52,788 nucleotides of DNA from Candidatus Uhrbacteria bacterium (GTDB lineage: Bacteria; Patescibacteriota; Patescibacteriia; JACQRZ01). Position numbers and translations under genes: made by a program. Location: positions 1-52,788 of the forward strand of contig JACQSB010000002.1 of assembly GCA_016206175.1 (NCBI GenBank). Reading direction: 5' to 3'. Below, one piece after another: positions 1 through 8,816 of this stretch (position 1 is its first letter; the number at the start of each line of letters is the position of its first letter). The notes below the pieces were generated by a model, which was not told the origin of the DNA, did no database searches, and saw only the letters and a list, made by a program, of their open reading frames with translations.

Positions 1-51
1 CCTGACCCCCACATTGCAAATGTGGTGCTCTACCAACTGAGCTAACGGCCC
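1..51 (-). tRNA. tRNA-Ala(UGC), 3' part cut off by the window edge
   Basis: Reverse complement reads GGGCCGTTAGCTCAGTTGGTAGAGCA-CCACA-TTTGCAA-TGTGG-GGGTCAGG: D arm, anticodon stem and anticodon TGC. Confidence 0.93.
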
Positions 52-72
52 TTACATGCATGGCGGAATCTC

Positions 73-149
73 TGGTGGGCGGTAGAGGAGTCGAACCTCT
101 GACCTTTACAATGTCAATGTAACGCTCTAACCAACTGAGCTAACCGCCC
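73..149 (-). tRNA. tRNA-Val(GAC)
   Basis: Reverse complement gives a full cloverleaf GGGCGGTTAGCTCAGTTGGTTAGAGCG-TTACA-TTGACAT-TGTAA...GGTTCGACTCC...GCCCACCA; encoded CCA. Confidence 0.96.
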
Positions 150-221
150 ATTCTTGTTATAAATGCGATATTTTCTTTTCTAAGAGCCTTACTTTTCTTT
201 AATTATACCGAAAATTACGCA

Positions 222-250
222 TTGTGTCAATCAGATCGCGCTGGTATACT
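222..250 (+). promoter_or_regulatory. Putative sigma70 promoter of the CCA-enzyme gene
   Basis: TTGTGT-17 bp-TATACT with extended TG; ATG is 11 nt downstream. Confidence 0.5.
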
Positions 251-261
251 TCCTTTATTCT

Positions 262-1863
262 ATGGCATCCTTTACTTCTCCAATGGCTCTTCATGCCCAC
301 ATGCGTGCGTTGCGGCGGCGGGAGGCATTTGCTTTTCTCGAAAAGCTGGAAAGAAAGCATAAAAACAGCCAAATCTATCTCGTTGGGGGTGCAATCCGCG
401 ACATTTTACTAGGGCGTCACTGCAAGGACTATGATTTTGTGGTACGCGGCGTACCGGCAAAAAAACTGCAGGCATTTCTTACAACGCTCGGCCGTGTAGA
501 TTTGGTTGGTAAACGGTTTGGCGTTTTGAAATTCACTCCGGCGGGAAGGGCAGGCAAGGATTTTGCCGCTCGCAGCCTCGAGACATTTGATATCGCATTG
601 CCGCGCACCGAGGAGCCGATCCTGCATACGGGGCAGTACCGCGACTTTTATATCATCCAGGATCCATCACTCGCGATTGAAGATGATCTCGCGCGGCGCG
701 ATTTCACTATCAATGCGCTTGCCTACGACATCAAAGCGAAACAGGTTGTGGATCCGTTTGGCGGTCTAGCCGATCTTTCCAAAAAACGCATCCGCACCGT
801 CGGGGAGCCGGACGAGCGGTTTCGGGAAGATTACTCCCGCATGCTGCGAGCGATACGTTTTTGCTGCTCGCTTCGTTTCTCTATAGAGAAAAAAACCTCT
901 GATGCGCTTTCGCGCGACATGCATGCCCTCAATCGGATGGTCAGTGCTGCAGCGCATTGCGTGCATACCGGCGATGAGGAACTGATGCGCGTCGTGCCGC
1001 ATGAAGTGATCTCTCGCGAAATGCTTCGGACATTTGATGTTGATCCTGTCAGGGCGTTTGACCTGTATGATCGCTACCATGTGTTTGATACGATCGTTTC
1101 TGATCTTGTTGCGATGAAAGGCTGCCCGCAGCCAAAACAATGGCATTCCGAGGGTGATGTGTGGACACATACGCGACTTGCGCTTCGCGCGCTGATGAGC
1201 CCCGCATTTTTGCGCGCAAATAAAACATTGCAGCACTACTATCCTGCGCATAAGCTCTCTCTATCCCCCCTTCTGGTTATCGCCGTTCTGTTCCACGACA
1301 TTGGCAAACCATTTGCTCTCAAGACACCCGAGCGGGATGGTGTTGATCGCATTCGCTTTGATGGTCATGATCGCATTGGCGCGGATATCGCAAAAGAAAA
1401 TCTTGTGCGTCTGCGCATTCAGACTGCTCCTGAATATTCGGTTGATCCGGCCGACGTCGCATGGCTGATCCGCCATCATCTTTTGCTTCTGAACGCATCT
1501 GTTGAAGAGCTGCGTAATAATACCATTGAAAAATATTTTTTTCGCAATCCGGTTTTGGGACACACCTTGCTTCAATTAGTATGGGCGGATTCCACAGCTT
1601 CAAAACAGGCGTCGGGCACATCAAGTCTCGGCACGTATCGGACATTTTTGAAAAAAATGGAATCGTTTCTACGCGTTAGTCGCGCGAAAGGCGCGCATTT
1701 GCCGAAGCCGGTTGTCAACGGCATAGATATCATGCGTACACTTTCAATAAAACCTGGCGCGAAAATCGGCGAACTGCTGCTTGCCGTGCGCGAAGAACAG
1801 CTTGCCGGCCGCATCAAAACAAAGCGCGACGCAATTCACTTTTTGCAAACGCTATCATCATGA
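262..1863 (+). CDS. cca: CCA-adding enzyme / poly(A) polymerase family tRNA nucleotidyltransferase with HD domain
   Basis: Motifs YLVGGAIRD, KDYDF, DLARRDFTINA, RFREDYSRMLRAIRF; HD domain HSEGDVWTHT...LFHDIGKP; C-terminal NGIDIM...PGAKIG. Confidence 0.9.
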   Translation: MASFTSPMALHAHMRALRRREAFAFLEKLERKHKNSQIYLVGGAIRDILLGRHCKDYDFVVRGVPAKKLQAFLTTLGRVDLVGKRFGVLKFTPAGRAGKDFAARSLETFDIALPRTEEPILHTGQYRDFYIIQDPSLAIEDDLARRDFTINALAYDIKAKQVVDPFGGLADLSKKRIRTVGEPDERFREDYSRMLRAIRFCCSLRFSIEKKTSDALSRDMHALNRMVSAAAHCVHTGDEELMRVVPHEVISREMLRTFDVDPVRAFDLYDRYHVFDTIVSDLVAMKGCPQPKQWHSEGDVWTHTRLALRALMSPAFLRANKTLQHYYPAHKLSLSPLLVIAVLFHDIGKPFALKTPERDGVDRIRFDGHDRIGADIAKENLVRLRIQTAPEYSVDPADVAWLIRHHLLLLNASVEELRNNTIEKYFFRNPVLGHTLLQLVWADSTASKQASGTSSLGTYRTFLKKMESFLRVSRAKGAHLPKPVVNGIDIMRTLSIKPGAKIGELLLAVREEQLAGRIKTKRDAIHFLQTLSS

Positions 1864-2780
1864 AAATTACCATTACAGCATCTCAAGCCGGAGCGCGCAT
1901 TGATCAGATCGTACAGCAGAAATTGTCCGATCTGTCGCGTTCACAGATACAAAAACAATTTTTCGATCAAGACCGCGTTATGGTAAGCGGCAAAGTGTGC
2001 ACGAAACATTACCGCGTAAAAAAAGGCGACGTGATTACTGTGGCAACGGAAACGGGGTCAGGTACAGATTTGCTTCGCGAAACTGAACCAAACCCCGTTT
2101 CCCCTCCGACTATCCTGCACGAAACAGATCAGTATGTCATTCTTGACAAGCCATCCGGTCTCTTGACGCATCCGACACAAGACAATACTGAGCCCTCCGT
2201 AGCCGAATTTCTTCTGAGCCGCTATCCTTCCATACGAAAAGTAGGAGACGATCCGACACGGCCCGGCATTGTGCACCGGCTCGATAAAGACGCCTCCGGC
2301 ATCATGGTCGCGGCAAAGACGCAGCAGGCATTTGATTCGCTCAAGCGTCAATTCAAATTGCGGCATGTGGAAAAAGAATATCTTGTACTGGTGTACGGAT
2401 CGCTCCCCCGCGAAGAAGGCGATATCGCCTTTTCTCTGAAACGCGCAAAGCACAGCCCTCGCATTGCGGCGACAAGCGGATCGGGCCGCGCCGCAAGCAC
2501 TCATTATGTCGTAGAAGAGCGGTTTTCACGTTATTCCCTAGCGCGCGTCATGCCCCGAACCGGCCGCACTCATCAGATACGCGTGCATTTTTTTGCCTAC
2601 GGCCATCCGATCGTCGGCGATGCTGTCTATGCCCCCAAACATATCAAGAAAGTCGAAGCAACGCGTCTCATGCTTCATGCGTTCCGCCTCGGATTCCACG
2701 ACATTAACGGGGAATGGCGGGAGCATGCTTGTCCACCCGGTAGTGATTTTGAAAACGTGGTGCGCCGATTGCGCACGTAA
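1860..2780 (+). CDS. rluD: RluA/RluD-family 23S rRNA pseudouridine synthase
   Basis: N-terminal S4-like RID...SRSQIQK, DKPSGLLTHP, catalytic VHRLDKDASG, TGRTHQIRVH, GHPIVGD; ATGA overlap with the upstream gene. Confidence 0.9.
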   Translation: MKITITASQAGARIDQIVQQKLSDLSRSQIQKQFFDQDRVMVSGKVCTKHYRVKKGDVITVATETGSGTDLLRETEPNPVSPPTILHETDQYVILDKPSGLLTHPTQDNTEPSVAEFLLSRYPSIRKVGDDPTRPGIVHRLDKDASGIMVAAKTQQAFDSLKRQFKLRHVEKEYLVLVYGSLPREEGDIAFSLKRAKHSPRIAATSGSGRAASTHYVVEERFSRYSLARVMPRTGRTHQIRVHFFAYGHPIVGDAVYAPKHIKKVEATRLMLHAFRLGFHDINGEWREHACPPGSDFENVVRRLRT

Positions 2781-2789
2781 TATCTTGCT

Positions 2790-4037
2790 ATGAGAGAGTC
2801 ACATTCATCCGAACAAATCCGCGCGAAAGAATCAGATGAGATTGTATGGAAAGAGAAGTTGGAAAATATTTTCCCGCTGGAAACACTCAAGCGTTTTTTT
2901 GAGCGTACGGATATTCGCAGGATATTCCTAGCTGCAATCATCGCCATCCCCGCCTGTGCGCCGAAGCTGTCCGAAGTTGCTCCTGTCCAATCGGAGACCG
3001 CCGCTGTCGCTGTTGAAAAAACACCCGCCCCTGCCGTCGAAACGCGCACACCCCTGCCCCTCCTTGGGCCGCAAAATCCGGAAACACCCGTGGCGCAGGA
3101 AAATGCAGACGAGATTATAGCCGGCACATTAGAAAAACAGCTTCCCCCGGATTTCCGGCCCGAATCCAGCGCGCTGCATGAAGCGATCAGTCATTTTACT
3201 GATGAAGAGCTTGCGCGCGCGCATATTTCACGCGAAGAGTTGGCAGCGGCACTTTCACAGTTGCTCCATGTGTTTATTAAATTTGAAGACAACGATATTG
3301 TCTACCCCGCGATAGAGCATCGTCTCTTCCGCGACGGGATACGATATTACGTAGAATGGGATGATGCGCAAGAACGGCCTTTCGGCGAGCAAGACGCCCG
3401 CACTGTCGTGGATGAAGCCATGCAAGAGTTGCACCAGCGTACCGACGAGCTTGTCAAAGTCGAGCGAGTACGCTCGTCTGCTGATGCGAATGTCATTCTT
3501 CGCTTTCGAGATTTTGGCTTGGATGAAGACGGAGTGCCGATCGTATCCGGCGGGAGGACGGGAGTGCTCTATACCCGTAAACAGCTTCCATTAGTCGGCG
3601 AGTACGTGGAGAATATATTTGATACGATACAGTTCAACCTTAACAAAGATCTCATGGGCTCGGAGACGAATAATATCCAGATCGTGGAAAACAAGACCGG
3701 TCGCGAGTTTACCGACTTTGAGTCATTTCCTCGCGAAGCGCAGCGGGATCTGTACGCCGCGTATTTTAAGCGCGCGGTAATCCATGAGACTATTCATCGG
3801 CTTATCGGTTTTGCGTATCATAATGACGAGCTGCCGACAAGCATTATGAATAGCATTGCCCATTTGTTGCTTGCATTAAGCAACGCGGAAACGTCGAGCG
3901 GAGAAAAGAAATTACGCGTCGATATCACGACCGATATGGAAGATCCCGTCGATCCTGTGTTTCCCCTGATCCGCGCGTGCTGGCTCATCCTCTCCAAGGC
4001 GGAAGCATTAGAGAAAGTGCCGGAAGCCGCGGAATAA
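2790..4037 (+). CDS. Hypothetical membrane-anchored or lipoprotein zinc metallopeptidase (metzincin/matrixin-like)
   Basis: 415-aa ORF; RRIFLAAIIAIPAC hydrophobic segment, Pro/Ala/Thr linker, HETIHRLIGFAYH followed by SIMN (Met-turn-like). Confidence 0.6.
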   Translation: MRESHSSEQIRAKESDEIVWKEKLENIFPLETLKRFFERTDIRRIFLAAIIAIPACAPKLSEVAPVQSETAAVAVEKTPAPAVETRTPLPLLGPQNPETPVAQENADEIIAGTLEKQLPPDFRPESSALHEAISHFTDEELARAHISREELAAALSQLLHVFIKFEDNDIVYPAIEHRLFRDGIRYYVEWDDAQERPFGEQDARTVVDEAMQELHQRTDELVKVERVRSSADANVILRFRDFGLDEDGVPIVSGGRTGVLYTRKQLPLVGEYVENIFDTIQFNLNKDLMGSETNNIQIVENKTGREFTDFESFPREAQRDLYAAYFKRAVIHETIHRLIGFAYHNDELPTSIMNSIAHLLLALSNAETSSGEKKLRVDITTDMEDPVDPVFPLIRACWLILSKAEALEKVPEAAE

Positions 4038-4049
4038 ACCGCGGAACCG

Positions 4050-4078
4050 TTGACATATCAGACCGGTTTTGCTATTGT
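4050..4078 (+). promoter_or_regulatory. sigma70 promoter of rplS
   Basis: TTGACA-17 bp-TATTGT with extended TG. Confidence 0.6.
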
Positions 4079-4106
4079 CTTTCCTATCATCAATTTACCT
4101 TTATCT

Positions 4107-4436
4107 ATGGCAACAGAACACGCATTTTCCGGAGTGAAGCCCGGAATGACCGTGCGGGTACACCAGAAAATTAAAGAAATCAACCCAAAGGGCGAAGAAA
4201 AGGAGCGCGTGCAGATTTTTGAGGGTTTTGTGTTGAAGCGGAAAGGCGGAGATAGTGCATCGGCGACTATTACCATACGCAAGATTTCCAATGGAATCGG
4301 AGTAGAAAAGATTTTCCCAGTTCACCTGCCTTCGATCGTGAAGGTTGAAAAAGTGAAACAAGCGAAAGTACGCAGGGCAAAACTCCATTACACCCGCACC
4401 TCTAAAAAGAAGCTTAAAGAAAAACCGCTCGTCTAA
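4107..4436 (+). CDS. rplS: 50S ribosomal protein L19
   Basis: [14 protein letters not shown]...ERVQIFEG...[18 protein letters not shown]...KVRRAKLHY; start moved to ATG 4107 (the TTG at 4050 is the -35 box). Confidence 0.96.
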   Translation: MATEHAFSGVKPGMTVRVHQKIKEINPKGEEKERVQIFEGFVLKRKGGDSASATITIRKISNGIGVEKIFPVHLPSIVKVEKVKQAKVRRAKLHYTRTSKKKLKEKPLV

Positions 4437-4456
4437 ACCGAGCGGTTTTCTCTCTT
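4419..4456 (+). terminator. Hairpin/terminator overlapping the rplS stop
   Basis: AAAACCGCTCG-tctaaac-CGAGCGGTTTT inverted repeat followed by a pyrimidine run. Confidence 0.65.
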
Positions 4457-4483
4457 GCATTTCGGAATATATTTCTTTACAAT
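4455..4483 (+). promoter_or_regulatory. Putative sigma70 promoter of tRNA-Leu
   Basis: TTGCAT-17 bp-TACAAT. Confidence 0.55.
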
Positions 4484-4507
4484 CGGAGTATTCGTTTAGA
4501 TACATAT

Positions 4508-4592
4508 GCCCAGGTGGCGGAATTGGTATACGCGCATGGTTGAGGGCCATGTGCCGCAAGGCTTGGAGGTTCGAGTCCTCTCCTGGGCACCA
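4508..4592 (+). tRNA. tRNA-Leu(GAG)
   Basis: GCCCAGGTGGCGGAATTGGTATACGCG-CATGG-TTGAGGG-CCATG, long variable arm, GGTTCGAGTCC, ends in CACCA. Confidence 0.96.
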
Positions 4593-4622
4593 AATGAATT
4601 TTACGAAATAAATCATTTCATT

Positions 4623-4979
4623 ATGCCTCTTTTTGGAGAAGGGCGGCCTACGCCGCGAGATATGGGGATGCAGCCAAGAGATTTGGGGATCCAGCCGCGG
4701 GAAGAAGATAAACAATACCATGACCGTGCGGTAGTCAATGGTGTTGAAATCGAAGTACGGTGGGATGATACTAATAACGATTACCTTATACACTTCCCCC
4801 AGATTGATATTGGCGATGAGAATCGACAAAGAGGCATTTACGATAATGTGATACGCATGAATCAAGACCCAAATTCGGCGAAGGAAGTATTTGAGTTTGC
4901 CAAAGAGGTGGCGGAACGATTTAGTGACGTATATGAAGTTTATCCGAGAGCGGAGGGCTATATTAAAAGTTTGCGATAA
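4623..4979 (+). CDS. Hypothetical protein (118 aa)
   Basis: ORF downstream of tRNA-Leu; start moved to ATG 4623 because the upstream frame overlaps the tRNA; protein-like acidic composition. Confidence 0.65.
   Translation: MPLFGEGRPTPRDMGMQPRDLGIQPREEDKQYHDRAVVNGVEIEVRWDDTNNDYLIHFPQIDIGDENRQRGIYDNVIRMNQDPNSAKEVFEFAKEVAERFSDVYEVYPRAEGYIKSLR
4653..4703 (+). repeat. In-frame 21-nt tandem repeat (PRDMGMQ-PRDLGIQ-PRE)
   Basis: ccgcgagatatggggatgcag / ccaagagatttggggatccag / ccgcgggaa. Confidence 0.7.
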
Positions 4980-4996
4980 CAATAACAACGATTTCA

Positions 4997-5722
4997 ATGC
5001 AATTACATACCCAATCCCAATCGAAACGAAGCACGCAGATTTTCTTTTTATTTCTCTTTGTCGTCGTTGGATTTATCGCCTTGCAGATACCAATTGCAAA
5101 ACTCGCAGGGTCAAAAACTGCGTTCACAGCCTACGATGCTTTTGCGCCGATTGCCGGTGCATTCTTGGGAAGCATACCAGGTATCATAGCAGTGTTTTTG
5201 ATGCAAGTGCTTAATTTTTTCGTCCAAGGAGCTGTCATCCAGGATGCGGGTACGATCATCCGCTTTTTCCCAATGCTATTCGCGGTATGGTATTTCGCTG
5301 ACAAAAGAAAAGCAAATATCATTGTGCCAATGTTCGCAATCGTTGCATTCCTTCTGCATCCGATCGGCAGGCAAGTATGGTATTTCACCCTCTTTTGGAC
5401 GATTCCCATTATCGCGCATGTATTTCGCGAACGGTTTGTATTCGCGCGGGCGTTAGGCGCGACATTTTCCGCGCACGCGGTTGGCGGTGCGTTATGGATC
5501 TGGACGTTTTCCATGCCGGCATCGGTATGGCAGTCCCTGATTCCTGTCGTCATCCTTGAACGGTTTGTGTTTGCCGTCGGTATCACCATTACATTCCTTG
5601 CTGTTTCCAACGCACTGTACCTTGTTGAGAAGCATTTTGCGCTTACCTCCGTGCTTCGGGTTGATACTCGGTTCGTACTTCGCCATCTTCGCGATGCTGC
5701 GCGCGCGCAGAAAATCTCCTAG
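4997..5722 (+). CDS. Multi-pass membrane protein, ECF S-component-like putative vitamin (folate?) transporter
   Basis: About 6-7 hydrophobic segments; APIAGAFLGSIPGIIA resembles the S-component A..G..G.. helix; co-oriented with DHFR-like and CofE-like genes. Confidence 0.55.
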   Translation: MQLHTQSQSKRSTQIFFLFLFVVVGFIALQIPIAKLAGSKTAFTAYDAFAPIAGAFLGSIPGIIAVFLMQVLNFFVQGAVIQDAGTIIRFFPMLFAVWYFADKRKANIIVPMFAIVAFLLHPIGRQVWYFTLFWTIPIIAHVFRERFVFARALGATFSAHAVGGALWIWTFSMPASVWQSLIPVVILERFVFAVGITITFLAVSNALYLVEKHFALTSVLRVDTRFVLRHLRDAARAQKIS

Positions 5723-6221
5723 TCCGCGGTACATCGCGTTTGCCGCCATCAGCATTGACGGACGGATCTCGCTTGCAAAAGATCGCCTTCCTGATTGGAC
5801 AAGCAAGGAAGACAAAAAATTTTTCCAAACATCTCTCGCGCATTGCGATGCTGTGATCGTCGGTCGCAATACGTACTATGCGGCGGCAGCTCGGCTGCGG
5901 CGCCGCATCACCTATGTCCTGACAAGCCGTGTGTCGCGACCGCAAAAGAGAGGAAGCGTCACATTTGTAAATCCCGCGATAACAGATATCGCCCCTCTCT
6001 TGAGTGTGCATCGGAACGTCGCCATACTTGGTGGCGCTGCTGTCTATCAATACATGCTGGAACGCGACTTGCTCCATGAGTTCTACATAACAGTTGAACC
6101 TCTTTTGTTTGGCCGCGGCATTCCTCTGTTGGTCGGCGGCACGAGTATGCACACACTTCGGCTTCTTTCTGTGCGCAAGCTCAACTCGCGCGGCACTCTG
6201 CTTTTGCATTACAAGGCATAA
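5694..6221 (+). CDS. Dihydrofolate reductase / RibD C-terminal family protein
   Basis: AAISIDGRIS, WTSKEDKKFF, VIVGRNTY, ILGGAAVY, FYITVEPLLFGRGIPL; start at ATG 5694. Confidence 0.85.
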   Translation: MLRARRKSPSPRYIAFAAISIDGRISLAKDRLPDWTSKEDKKFFQTSLAHCDAVIVGRNTYYAAAARLRRRITYVLTSRVSRPQKRGSVTFVNPAITDIAPLLSVHRNVAILGGAAVYQYMLERDLLHEFYITVEPLLFGRGIPLLVGGTSMHTLRLLSVRKLNSRGTLLLHYKA

Positions 6222-6238
6222 ATCCTGTCACTAACGGG

Positions 6239-6970
6239 ATGAACATAACGCCAATCAAAACTAGCATATTCCGAGAAGGGCAAGACCTTTTTTCTTTCCT
6301 TACGAAATACCTCCCCCCATTGTTATCAGGCACCATTGTTGTCATTACTTCAAAAATCGTCGCGCTAGCGCAAAGACGTACGGTTGTGGCGCGTACAGAG
6401 AAAGAGAAAGAGAACATCATCCGCGCTGAAAGCGACTACGCGATCAAGACTCCCTACGCATGGCTTACGATTAAGGATGATGATGTGATGCCATCCGCAG
6501 GAGTGGATGAGTCAAACGCAGATGGCAAAATTATTTTGTTGCCGAAAAACTGCATGCGTACAGCATCCGAGATACGGCACAAATTGTGCCGACATTATGG
6601 CATCAAAAATCTTGGAGTTTTGATTACTGATAGCCGCACCTTGCCGTTGCGCGCAGGGACTATCGGTATGGCTCTCGGATATGCCGGTTTTCGTGGGATA
6701 AAAGATTATCGTTCCAAGCGTGATCTATTCGGCAGGGCTTTTCGCATCACGCGCGTTGACCTTGCCGACAGTCTTGCGGCAGCGGCTGTCTGTACCATGG
6801 GCGAAGGTAAAGAGTGTCAGCCACTTGCCATCATTACTGATGCGCCAGTGACATTCTGCGTTCGTTCTCCCAAGAGGGAATTGCACATTCCCATCCATGA
6901 TGACATGTATGCTCCGCTCTTTTATCGCGCTCTGCAACACAAGAAGCAGCCCGTCAAGAAAATAACGTAA
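6239..6970 (+). CDS. CofE (F420-0:gamma-glutamyl ligase)-like protein, probable FolC2-type folate gamma-glutamate ligase
   Basis: VVITSKIVAL, SAGVDESNA, GVLITDSRTLPLRAG, DLFGR, DSLAAAAVCTMGEGKECQPLAII. Confidence 0.85.
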   Translation: MNITPIKTSIFREGQDLFSFLTKYLPPLLSGTIVVITSKIVALAQRRTVVARTEKEKENIIRAESDYAIKTPYAWLTIKDDDVMPSAGVDESNADGKIILLPKNCMRTASEIRHKLCRHYGIKNLGVLITDSRTLPLRAGTIGMALGYAGFRGIKDYRSKRDLFGRAFRITRVDLADSLAAAAVCTMGEGKECQPLAIITDAPVTFCVRSPKRELHIPIHDDMYAPLFYRALQHKKQPVKKIT

Positions 6971-7799
6971 GAGCGCCGATGCCGATCAATGTTATGGCGG
7001 TGCCAATCAGCTTACGCGGGATATCTTCCCGCTCTTGGAATAGTATAATGCCCATTGCGATCGAAAAGATCATCATGCTTTGATAGATCGCCTGTACGAC
7101 ACTGACAGATCCGAGATGCAGCGCGACCGTGTAAAGATAAAATGAGCCGGCATTGATCAATCCCACACTGATTTTTGCTACAAGCCGGTCGTTTGCGAGC
7201 GCACGGATTTTTTTCCGTGGATGCTTTACGAGGAAAGGCAACACGAGAATGCTCGGTATCGACATTGCAAAGATAATCATGGACGGAGAAAACCACGCTG
7301 ACGCCATTTTCATTGTAACGGCAAGCAGCGCCGCAAAAAAGGAAAAGATATACGCATAGCGCACGCCTTTATCACTCTTGAGTTTGTGGGGCGCTCCGGT
7401 TATCAAGAGTCCGGAGAACAGGATGAGGATGCCGATGTATTCATGAGCCTGCAGCGCTTCTCGGAGGAGCAAAAAGGCAAGGATAGGGATCCATATCAAT
7501 CTCATCCGGATGATGACGGCGGATATGGAGAGGTGGGCATAGGAATGCATCTTCATGTACAGATATATGCAAACGATTTCAATAATGCCGACAACGGCAA
7601 GCAGTGCCGCGCCCGATACTGTGATTGACTCTGGTGGATCTGCAAAAACAGCAACAGCAAATATCGTTCCGCGGATCAATTCAAAGAACCACGCAAATGT
7701 CACCGCGTCGTCGCCGTCTTTTAAGGCGTATCGCGTAAGGAAATTAAATATGTTTGACCCAATGCCGCCGATGACAGCAAGCAGTATCCAGAGCTCCAT
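6954..7799 (-). CDS. DMT/EamA family transporter
   Basis: About 10 TM helices in two repeats ending LLLREAL...IGILIL and ILFQERE...IGTAITLIG; probable start MELWILL. Confidence 0.85.
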   Translation of the reverse strand: MELWILLAVIGGIGSNIFNFLTRYALKDGDDAVTFAWFFELIRGTIFAVAVFADPPESITVSGAALLAVVGIIEIVCIYLYMKMHSYAHLSISAVIIRMRLIWIPILAFLLLREALQAHEYIGILILFSGLLITGAPHKLKSDKGVRYAYIFSFFAALLAVTMKMASAWFSPSMIIFAMSIPSILVLPFLVKHPRKKIRALANDRLVAKISVGLINAGSFYLYTVALHLGSVSVVQAIYQSMMIFSIAMGIILFQEREDIPRKLIGTAITLIGIGALTLFS

Positions 7800-7861
7800 A
7801 GGTAATGACAATGACACCAAAACACTATCATAGATCTGATCTGCGAGAAATAGCCTGGGAC

Positions 7862-7890
7862 TTTACTGTCGCCACCCTACTTGCTATACT
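7862..7890 (+). promoter_or_regulatory. Putative promoter of pyrF (near-leaderless)
   Basis: TTTACT-17 bp-TATACT with extended TG; ATG is 9 nt downstream. Confidence 0.5.
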
Positions 7891-7899
7891 AGCGGCACT

Positions 7900-8730
7900 A
7901 TGACTAGGGGAAATTTTTTCGATCTTCTCCAGGCACGTTGGGATCGTGGCACAGCTGTCTGTGTTGGCCTTGATGCTGATTACAAAAAGATTCCGGAGCA
8001 TCTCAAAAAAGGTGATGTGCGCGATGCGCTTTTTGCATTCAATACGGCAATTATCGATGCTACGGCAGAGTACGTATGTGCCTTCAAACCACAGAGCGCA
8101 TATTATGAAGCATGCGGACCGGAAGGCATTGCCACACTTCTCGATATAGTAGGATATGTGCAAGGGAAGTATCCTGATATTCCATTGATTCTTGACGCAA
8201 AGCGGGGTGATATCGGCTCAACCAACGATGGGTATGTGAAGGCCGCATTTGAAGTCGGCGGATTTGATGCCATCACGCTTCATCCCTATCTTGGCAAAGA
8301 AGCGCTCAAGCCATTCCTTGACCAAGAAGATAAAGGTTGTATCATCCTGTGTCGCACGTCTAACCCCGGAGCAGGAGAGTTTCAGGATCTTGTAGTGGAT
8401 GAATCCCCTCTCTATCTGCACGTCGCTCGTCGAGTTGCCGATGAGTGGAATACAAACGGAAACTGCGCTGTCGTTGTTGGCGCGACATACCCGGAAGAGC
8501 TTGCGCATGTCCGCGGGGTGATCGGGGATATGCCGATCTTGATTCCCGGGATCGGTGCGCAAGGCGGTGATATTGAAAAAACGGTTCATGCAGGGAAGAA
8601 TAGCAAGGGACAGGGAATGATCATCAATTCTTCGCGTGGGATTATCTTTGCATCGCAAGGAGAGGGTTTTGCCGAAGCGGCAAGCCTTGAGGCAAAGAAA
8701 CTTCGCGATGCGATCAATCAATACCGATAA
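7900..8730 (+). CDS. pyrF: Orotidine-5'-phosphate decarboxylase
   Basis: VCVGLD, AFKPQSAYYE, ILDAKRGDIGST, RTSNPGA, VVGATYP, LIPGIGAQGG, INSSRGIIFA. Confidence 0.95.
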   Translation: MTRGNFFDLLQARWDRGTAVCVGLDADYKKIPEHLKKGDVRDALFAFNTAIIDATAEYVCAFKPQSAYYEACGPEGIATLLDIVGYVQGKYPDIPLILDAKRGDIGSTNDGYVKAAFEVGGFDAITLHPYLGKEALKPFLDQEDKGCIILCRTSNPGAGEFQDLVVDESPLYLHVARRVADEWNTNGNCAVVVGATYPEELAHVRGVIGDMPILIPGIGAQGGDIEKTVHAGKNSKGQGMIINSSRGIIFASQGEGFAEAASLEAKKLRDAINQYR

Positions 8731-8807
8731 GGGCAGTTAGCTCAGTTGGTTAGAGCATACGGTTTACATCCGTAGGGTCACAGGTTCGAATCCTGTACTG
8801 CCCACCA
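8731..8807 (+). tRNA. tRNA-Val(UAC)
   Basis: GGGCAGTTAGCTCAGTTGGTTAGAGCA-TACGG-TTTACAT-CCGTA...GGTTCGAATCC...GCCCACCA; begins directly after the pyrF TAA. Confidence 0.96.
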
Positions 8808-8816
8808 AGACACACT

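Noticed and set aside
4506-4622. N-terminal extension of the 157-aa ORF
   Set aside because: It is simply tRNA-Leu read in frame; start reassigned to 4623.
4980-4996. THF riboswitch before the putative folate operon
   Set aside because: There are only 17 nt of intergenic space, too little for an aptamer.
4101-4997. 298-aa minus-strand ORF
   Set aside because: It is antisense to rplS, tRNA-Leu and an orphan, with shadow-frame composition.
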